Source of the DNA: the human T2T-CHM13v2.0 reference genome, Homo sapiens | Assembly (NCBI RefSeq): GCF_009914755.1 | Contig: NC_060948.1 | Strand: one strand, 5' to 3' | DNA length: 64,000 nucleotides | Shown: positions 55,666 to 64,000 of the stretch, in pieces | Layout: every line of letters starts with the position of its first letter | Numbering within the stretch: position 1 is the first letter of the stretch | Program-made: the position numbers and the translations under genes | Notes under the pieces: generated by a model | Database searches by the model: none | The model's input: the letters and a program-made list of their open reading frames with translations, nothing else | What the model was told of the DNA's origin: nothing

Positions 55666-58600
55666 GGCCTGGAATAAAGTGGAATGCTACGGTCTCGAAT
55701 GGAATAAAAATGTATGGAATGGAATGCAATGAAACGGAATCGAATGTCATAGAATGTAATGGAATGCAACAAAATGGAATCCAAAATCATTGACTGGAAA
55801 GGCTGGGTGTCGAAAGGAATTGACTCCAATGGAATGGAATCGAATGGAATGGAAGTGAATAGAATCGAACTAAATCGAATGGAATGGAATTGATAGGAAC
55901 GGAATGGAAAGGAATGCAATGATTTGGCATGGAATGGAATCGAATGGCATCGAATGGAATGGAATGGAATGCAATGGAATGGAATGTATTAGAATGTAAT
56001 GAACTTTAATGGAATGTACTCGAATGGATTCGACTGGAATGGAATGTTCTGGAAGTGAATGGACTCCAATGGAATGGATTCAAAAGGAATGGAATCGTAC
56101 GGAATGGAATCTAATGGAATGGAATTAAATGGAAATGAATCAAATTGAATAGCACGGAATTGAATTGAATGGAATGGAATGCAATGGAATCTAATGAAAC
56201 GGAAAGGAACGGAATGGAATGGAATGGAATGGACTGGAATGGAAAGGAATCGAAACGAATGGAATGGAATCAAACTGAAGAGACTGGAATGGAATGCACT
56301 GGAATGGAAGGGAGTGTAATGGAAGGTTCTCGAAAAAAATGGAATCGAATGGAATGGAATTGAATGGAACGGAATAGAGTCGAATGGAATTGAATGGAAT
56401 GGAATGGACTAGAGTGAAATGGAATCGAACCACAAGGAATGGACAGGAATAGAATGGTCTCGAATTGAATGGAATCGTATGGAATGGCATCAAACGGAAT
56501 GGAATGGACAGCCACGGAATGGAATGCACTCGAATGCAATGGAGTCGAAACTAATGGACTGGAATAGAATGGACTCGACTGGTACGGACTCCAATGGAAT
56601 GGAATCGAATGGAAGGGAATCGAAAGGAATGGACTCGAAGGGAAAAGACTGCAATGGAAAGGTCTCGAATGGAATGGAAATTAATGGAATGGAATGGAAT
56701 CGAATGAAATGGAGTCAAAAGGAATGGAATCGAATGGCAAGAAATCGAATGTAATGGAACCGCAAGGAATTGATGTGAACGGAATGGAATGGAATGGAAT
56801 CCAAAGGAATGGAATAGAATGGAATGGAATCGAATGGAAAGGACTCGAATGGAAATCACTCGAATAGAATGCAATTTAATAAAATAGGATCAAATGTAAT
56901 GGAATGGAATGGAAAGGAATCGAAACGAAAGGAATGGAGACAGATGGAATGGAATAGAACAGAGAGCAATGGTATAGAATGGAATGGAATCATCTGGAAT
57001 GGAATTGAATGGAATGGAATAATATGAAATGGAATGGAATGGAATGGAATGGAATGCCCTTGAATTAAATGGACTGGAATGGAATGGACTCGAACAGAGT
57101 GGAATGGAAAGTGTTGAGATAGAATGGAATGGACTCCTTTGGAATGGTGTAGTATGCAATGCAATCGACTGGCAGGGAATCAAAAGGAATGTAATCGAAT
57201 GGATTGGACTGGAATGCAATGGACTCGAATAGATTGCAAACGGAATGCAAAGGAATGGAATGGAATAGTATGGAATGGAATGGAAAGGAATGGAGTGGAA
57301 TAGACTAGAGTGGAATGGAATGGACTGGAAAGCAATGGACTGGAATGGAACTTTCTTGAATGGACTGGAATCAAACGGAATGGAATGCAATGCAATCAAA
57401 TGGCATGGAATAAAATAGAATGAAAGAGAATCAAATGGAATTGAATCGAATGGAATCGAATGGATTGGAAAGGAATAGAATGGAATGGAATGGAATGGAC
57501 TAGAATGGAATGGATTCGAATGGAAGGCAAAGGAATGGAATCTATTGGAATGGACTGTAATGGAATGGAATGGAAGGGATTGGAATGGACTCGAATGGAA
57601 TGGACTGCAATAGAAAGGATTCGAATGGAATGAAAAAGAATTGAATGGAATAGAACAGAATGGAATCAAATCGAATGAAATGGAATGGAATAGAAAGGAA
57701 TGGAATGAAATGGAATGGAAAGGATTCGAATGGAATGCAATCGAATGGAATGGAATCGAACGGAATGGAATAAAATGGAAGAAAACTGGCAAGAAATGGA
57801 ATCGAAATGAATGGAGTGTTATGGAACGGACTCAAAAGGAATTGAATGTAATAGAATGGAGTGGAGTGGACTCGAATATAATGGACTGGAATGGAATGAA
57901 ATCACATGGAATGGGAACGAATGGAATGGAATGGAAAGGAATGGAATCGAATGGAAAGGAATCGAATGGAAGGGAATGAAATTGAATCAACAGGAATGGA
58001 AGGGAATAGAATAGACGGTAATGGAATGGACTCGAATAGAATGGACACGAATGCTCAAATTGAATGGACTCGAATGGAATGGAAACGAAAGGAATGTCAT
58101 CGAATGGAATTGAATCGATTGGAATGAAATCGCATAGAATGGAGTGGAATCAAATGGAATTGAATCGAAAGGAAAGGAAGCGAATGGACTGAAATGAAAT
58201 GGAATGGAATTGAATGGAAAGTAATGCAATGGAATAGAATGGAACGAAATTTCACGGAATGGAATCAAACTGAATGGAATCAAATCAATGGAATCCAATC
58301 AAATGGAATGGAGTAGATTGGATTGAATGGGATTGGAATGAAATGTACTGGAAAGGACTCGAATTTCATGAAACGGAATGGAATGAATTGGAACGGAATG
58401 GACTCGAATGGAATGGAATGTCATAGAATGGCATCAAATGGAATGGCATCAAATGGAATGGAATCGAATGCAATGGAATGCTATGGAATGGAATGGAATG
58501 CATTGGAATGGAATGTCCTCTAATGGAATGGATTCGAGTGGAATGGAATTGAATATAATGGAGTCGAATGAAATGGAATTGAAAGGAATGGGATCGAATA

Positions 58601-59194
58601 CAATGGAATATACTGGAATGTAATGTAATTAACTGGAATGTAATTGAATGGAATGGAATGTACATGAATGGAATGTAATCGAATGGAAAGTAATCCAATG
58701 GAATAGAATCTAATGCAATAAAATCGACTCAGATAGAGTAGAATGTAATGGAATGGAGTGCAGTGCAATGGAATGGAATGGAATGGAATGCAATGGAATG
58801 GAATGGAATGGAATGGAATGGAATGGAATGGGATGGAATGGTATGGAATGGATAGTAATGGACTGGAGTGAAATGGACTGGAAAGGAATGGACTCAAATT
58901 GAAAGGGCTCGAAAGGAATGGAGTCAAATGGAATGGTCTGGAATGGAATGAACACGAATGTAATGCAACCCAATAGAATGGAATCGAATGGCATGGAATA
59001 TAAAGAAATGGAATCGAAGAGAATGGAAACAAATGGAATGGAATTGAATGGAATGGAATTGAATGGAATGGGAACGAATGGAGTGAAATTGTATGCAGTA
59101 GAATGGAATAGAATGGAATGCAAGCGAAAGGAAAGGAATGGATTGGAATGGAATGGAATTCATTGGAATGGAAGGGAATGTAGTGTAATGGACA
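55666..59194 (+). repeat. DYZ1 unit 17 (3529 bp, type D, paralogue of unit 10)
   Basis: GGCC 55666 to 59195; same 15-bp deletions and agattgcaaacgg as unit 10. Confidence 0.9.
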
Positions 59195-62100
59195 GGCCTG
59201 GAATAAAGTGGAATGCTACGGTCTCGAATGGAATAAAAATGTATGGAATGGAATGCAATGAAACGGAATCGAATGTCATAGAATGTAATGGAATGCAAAA
59301 AAATGGAATCCAAAATCATTGACTGGAAAGGCTGGGTGTCGAAAGGAATTGACTCCAATGGAATGGAATCGAATGGAATGGAAGTGAATAGAATCGAACT
59401 AAATCGAATGGAATGGAATTGATAGGAACGGAATGGAAAGGAATGCAATGATTTGGCATGGAATGGAATCGAATGGCATCGAATGGAATGGAATGGAATG
59501 CAATGGAATGGAATGTATTAGAATGTAATGAACATTAATGGAAGGTACTCGAATGGATTCGACTGGAATGGAATGTTCTGGAAGTGAATGGACTCCAATG
59601 GAATGGATTCGAAAGGAATGGAATCGAACGGAATGGATTCTAATGGAATGGAATTAAATGGAAATGAATCAAATTGAATAGCACGGAATTGAATTGAATG
59701 GAATCGAATGCAATGGAATCTAATGAAACGGAAAGGAAAGAATGGAATGGAATAGAATGGGCTGGAATGGAAAGGATTCGAAACGAATGGAATGGAATCG
59801 AACTGAAGAGACTGGAATGGAATGCACTGGAATGGAAGGGAGTGTAATGGAAGGTTCTCGAAAAAAATGGAATCGAATGGAATGGAATTGAATGGAAAAG
59901 AATAGAGTCGAACGGAATTGAATGGAATGGAATGGACTAGAGTGAAATGGAATTGAACCACAAGGAATGGACTGGAATAGAATGGTCTCGAATTGAATGG
60001 AATCGTATGGAATGACATCAAACGGAATGGAATGGACAGCCACGGAATGGAATGCACTCGAATGCAATGGAGTCGAAACTAATGGACTGGAATAGAATGG
60101 ACTCGACTGGTACGGACTCCAATGGAATGGAATCGAATGGAAGGGAATCGAACGGAAGGGAATCGGACGGAATGGACTCGAAGGGAAAAGACTGCAATGG
60201 AAAGGTCTCGAATGGAATGGAAATTAATGGAATGGAATGGAATCGAATGAAATGGAGTCAAAAGGAATGGAATCGAATGGCAAGAAATCGAATGTAATGG
60301 AATCGCAAGGAATTGATGTGAACGGAACGGAATGGAATGGAATCCAAAGGAATGGAATAGAATGGAATGGAATCGAATGGAAAGGACTCGAATGGAAATC
60401 ACTCGAATAGAATGCAATTTAATAAAATAGGATCAAATGTAATGGAATGGAATGGAAAGGAATCGAAACGAAAGGAATGGAGACAGATGGAATGGAATGG
60501 AACAGAGAGCAATGGTATAGAATGGAATGGAATCATCTGGAATGGAATTGAATGGAATGGAATAATATGAAATGGAATGGAATGGAATGGAATGGAATGC
60601 CCTTGAATTAAATGGACTGGAATGGAATGGACTCAAACAGAGTGGAATGGAAAGTGTTGAGATAGAATGGAATGAACTTCTTTGGAATGGTCTAGTAGGC
60701 AATGCAATCGACTGGCAGGGAATCAAAAGGAATGTAATCGAATGGATTGGACTGGAATGCAATGGACTCGAATAGATTGGAAACGGAATGCAAAGGAATG
60801 GAATGGAATAGTATGGAATGGAATGGAAAGGAATGGAGTGGAATAGACTAGAGTGGAATGGAATGGACTGGAAAGCAATGGACTGGAATGGAACTTTCTT
60901 GAATGGACTGGAATCAAACGGAATGGAATGCAATGCAATCAAATGGCATGGAATAAAATAGAATGAAAGAGAATCAAATGGAATTGAATCGAATGGAATC
61001 GAATGGATTGGAAAGGAATAGAATGGAATGGAATGGAATTGACTCAAATGGAATGGACTAGAATGGAATGGATTCGAATGGAAGGCAAAGGAATGGAATC
61101 TATTGGAATGGACTGTAATGGAATGGAATGGAAGGGATTGGAATGGACTCGAATGGAATGGACTGCAATAGAAAGGATTCGAATGGAATGAAAAAGAATT
61201 GAATGGAATAGAACAGAATGGAATCTAATCGAATGAAATGGAATGGAATAGAAAGGAATGGAATGAAATGGAATGAAAAGGATTCGAATGGAATGCAATC
61301 GAATGGAATGGAATCGAACGGAATGGAATAAAATGGAAGAAAACTGGCAAGAAATGGAATCGAAATGAATGGAGTGTTATGGAACGGACTCAAAAGGAAT
61401 TGAATGTAATAGAATGGAGTGGAGTGGACTCGAATATAATGGACTGGAATGGAATGAAATCACATGGAATGGGAACGAATGGAATGGAATGGAAAGGAAT
61501 GGAATCGAATGGAAAGGAATCGAATGGAAGGGAATGAAATTGAATCAACAGGAATGGAAGGGAATAGAATAGACGGTAATGGAATGGACTCGAATAGAAT
61601 GGACACGAATGCTCAAATTGAATGGACTCGAATGGAATGGAAACGAAAGGAATGTCATCGAATGGAATTGAATCGATTGGAATGAAATCGCATAGAATGG
61701 AGTGGAATCAAATGGAATTGAATCGAAAGGAAAGGAAGCGAATGGACTGAAATGAAATGGAATGGAATTGAATGGAAAGTAATGCAATGGAATAGAATGG
61801 AACGAAATTTCACGGAATGGAATCAAACTGAATGGAATCAAATCAATGGAATCAAATCAAATGGAATGGAAAGGAATTGAATGGAGTAGATTGGATTGGA
61901 TGGGATTGGAATGAAATGTACTGGAAAGGACTCGAATTTCATGAAACGGAATGGAATGAATTGGAACGGAATGGACTCGAATGGAATGGAATGTCATGGA
62001 ATGGCATCAAATGGAATGGCATCAAATGGAATGGAATCGAATGCAATGGAATGCTATGGAATGGAATGGAATGCATTGGAATGGAATGTCCTCTAATGGA

Positions 62101-62762
62101 ATGGATTCGAGTGGAATGGAATCGAATATAATGGAGTCGAATGAAATGGAATTGAAAGGAATGGGATCGAATACAATGGAATATACTGGAATGTAATGTA
62201 ATGAACTCGAATGTAATTGACTGGAATGGAATGTAATCGAATGGAAAGTAATCCAATGGAATAGAATCTAATGCAATAAAATCGACTCAGATAGAGTAGA
62301 ATGTAATGGAATGGAGTGCAGTGCAATGGAATGGAATGGAATGGAATGCAATGGAATGGAATGGAATGGAATGGAATGGAATGGAATGGAATGGAATGGG
62401 ATGGAATGGTATGGAATGGATAGTAATGGACTGGAATGAAATGGACTGGAAAAGAATGGACTCAAATTGAAAGGGCTCGAAAGGAATGGAGTCAAATGGA
62501 ATTGTCTGGAATGGAATGAACACGAATGTAATGCAATCCAATAGAATGGAATCGAATGGCATGGAATATAAAGAAATGGAATCGAAGAGAATGGAAACAA
62601 ATGGAATGGAATTGAATGGAATGGAATTGAATGGAATGGGAACGAATGGAGTGAAATTGTATGCAGTAGAAGAGAATAGAATGGAATGCAAGCGAAAGGA
62701 AAGGAATGGATTGCAATGGAATGGAATTCATTGGAATGGAAGGGAATGTAGTGTAATGGACA
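59195..62762 (+). repeat. DYZ1 unit 18 (3568 bp, mosaic)
   Basis: GGCC 59195 to 62763. Confidence 0.9.
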
Positions 62763-64000
62763 GGCCTGGAATAAAGTGGAATGCTACGGTCTCGAATGGA
62801 ATAAAAATGTATGGAATGGAATGCAATGAAACGGAATCGAATGTCATAGAATGTAATGGAATGCAAAAAAATGGACTCCAAAATCATTGACTGGAAAGGC
62901 TGGGGGTCGAAAGGAATTGACTGCAATGGAATGGAATCGAATGGAATGGAAGTGAATAGAATCGAACTAAATCGAATGGAATGGAATTGATAGGAACGGA
63001 ATGGAAAGGAATGCAATGATTTGGCATGGAATGGAATCGAATGGCATCAAATGGAATGGAATGGAATGCAATGGAATGGAATGTATTAGAATGTAATGAA
63101 CATTAATGGAATGTACTCGAATGGATTCGACTGGAATGGAATGTTCTGGAAGTGAATGGACTCCAATGGAATGGATTCGAAAGGAATGGAATCGAACGGA
63201 ATGGAATCTAATGGAATGGAATTAAATGGAAATGAATCAAATTGAATAGCACGGAATTGAATTGAATGGAATCGAATGCAATGGAATCTAATGAAACGGA
63301 AAGGAAAGAATGGAATGGAATGGAATGGGCTGGAATGGAAAGGAATCGAAACGAATGGAATGGAATCGAACTGAAGAGACTGGAATGGAATGCACTGGAA
63401 TGGAAGGGAGTGTAATGGAAGGTTCTCGAAAAAAATGGAATCGAATGGAATGGAATTGAATGGAACGGAATAGAGTCGCATGGAATTGAATGGAGTGGAA
63501 TGGACTAGAGTGAAATGGAATCGAACGAAAAGGAATGGACAGGAATGGAATGGTCTCGAATTAAATGGAATCGTATGGAATGGCATCAAACGGAATGGAA
63601 TGGACAGCCACGGAATGGAATGCACTCGAATGCAATGGAGTCGAAACTAATGGACTGGAATAGAATGGACTCGACTGGTATGGACTCCAATGGAATGGAA
63701 TCGAATGGAAGGGAATCGAACGGAATGGACTCGAAGGGAAAAGACTGCAATGGAAAGGTCTCGAATGGAATGGAAATTAATGGAATGGAATGGAATCGAA
63801 TGAAATGGAGTCAAAAGGAATGGAATCGAATGGCAAGAAATCGAATGTAATGGAATCGCAAGGAATTGATGTGAACGGAACGGAATGGAATGGAATCCAA
63901 AGGAATGGAATAGAATGGAATGGAATCGAATGGAAAGGACTCGAATGGAAATCACTCGAATAGAATGAAATTTAATAAAATAGGATCAAATGTAATAGAA
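62763..64000 (+). repeat. Partial DYZ1 unit 19 (5' part, resembles unit 11)
   Basis: GGCC at 62763; gactgcaatgg, aacatta, aaaggaaagaatgg and terminal tgtaatagaa as in unit 11. Confidence 0.88.

Larger units (their letters stand above)
1..64000 (+). repeat. DYZ1: Human satellite III (HSat3) array, DYZ1-type ~3.56-kb higher-order repeat of diverged GGAAT pentamers (Yq12 heterochromatin)
   Basis: Continuous GGAAT/CGAAT/GGACT pentamers on the + strand. Unique landmarks (ggacaggcctggaataaagtgg, ggctgggtgtcg, cagccacgg, gcccttg, gactcagatagag) recur every ~3.5-3.6 kb, with a single GGCC and a single GAATTC per unit. This agrees with the known DYZ1 3.4-kb HaeIII / 3564-bp EcoRI repeat. Confidence 0.93.

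Noticed and set aside
135-63955. Hundreds of ORFs (MEWNG... on +, FHSIP... on -), up to 319 aa
   Set aside because: They are translations of (GGAAT)n/(ATTCC)n, which contain no stop codon in any frame. They are low-complexity, overlap in all frames and are broken by frameshifts between copies, with no domain-like content.
1-64000. CRISPR-like or prokaryotic repeat-spacer system
   Set aside because: There are no unique spacers or cas-like genes; all sequence is pentamer-derived and repeats at ~3.56 kb.
1-64000. DYZ2/Alu, L1 or other insertions, or strand inversions
   Set aside because: No non-satellite block, poly(A) tail or CCATT-oriented segment is visible in the window.
1-64000. Assignment to HSat2 or autosomal HSat3 (e.g. 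9q12)
   Set aside because: It lacks the HSat2 CATTCGATTC/ATGATG-type 23-26-bp organisation. The 3.56-kb period with single HaeIII/EcoRI sites fits DYZ1, though alignment to T2T chrY is needed to confirm.

Overview
The whole 64 kb window is one uninterrupted, single-orientation array of human satellite III, a diverged (GGAAT)n pentamer repeat organised as a ~3.56-kb tandem unit. The unit size, one HaeIII/StuI site and one EcoRI site per unit, and matches to the recalled Y1.1/Y1.2 sexing-primer sequences point to DYZ1 of human Yq12 heterochromatin. There are 19 HaeIII landmarks defining 18 complete units: 16 of 3513-3584 bp and two of 2666/2671 bp that share the same ~903-bp deletion. I see no genes, RNA genes, transposons, DYZ2/Alu inserts or inversions, and the listed ORFs are artefacts of the pentamer. 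Two things stand out. First, each unit carries up to three perfect in-register heat-shock elements (GAAnnTTCnnGAA), about 50 in the window, set in a TEAD-motif-rich (GGAATG) background. Second, shared variants record nested higher-order duplications (offsets of about 7.1, 10.7, 20.4 and 24.0 kb, plus a recent single-unit tandem duplication) and mosaic units. I found no evidence of a novel protein-coding system.
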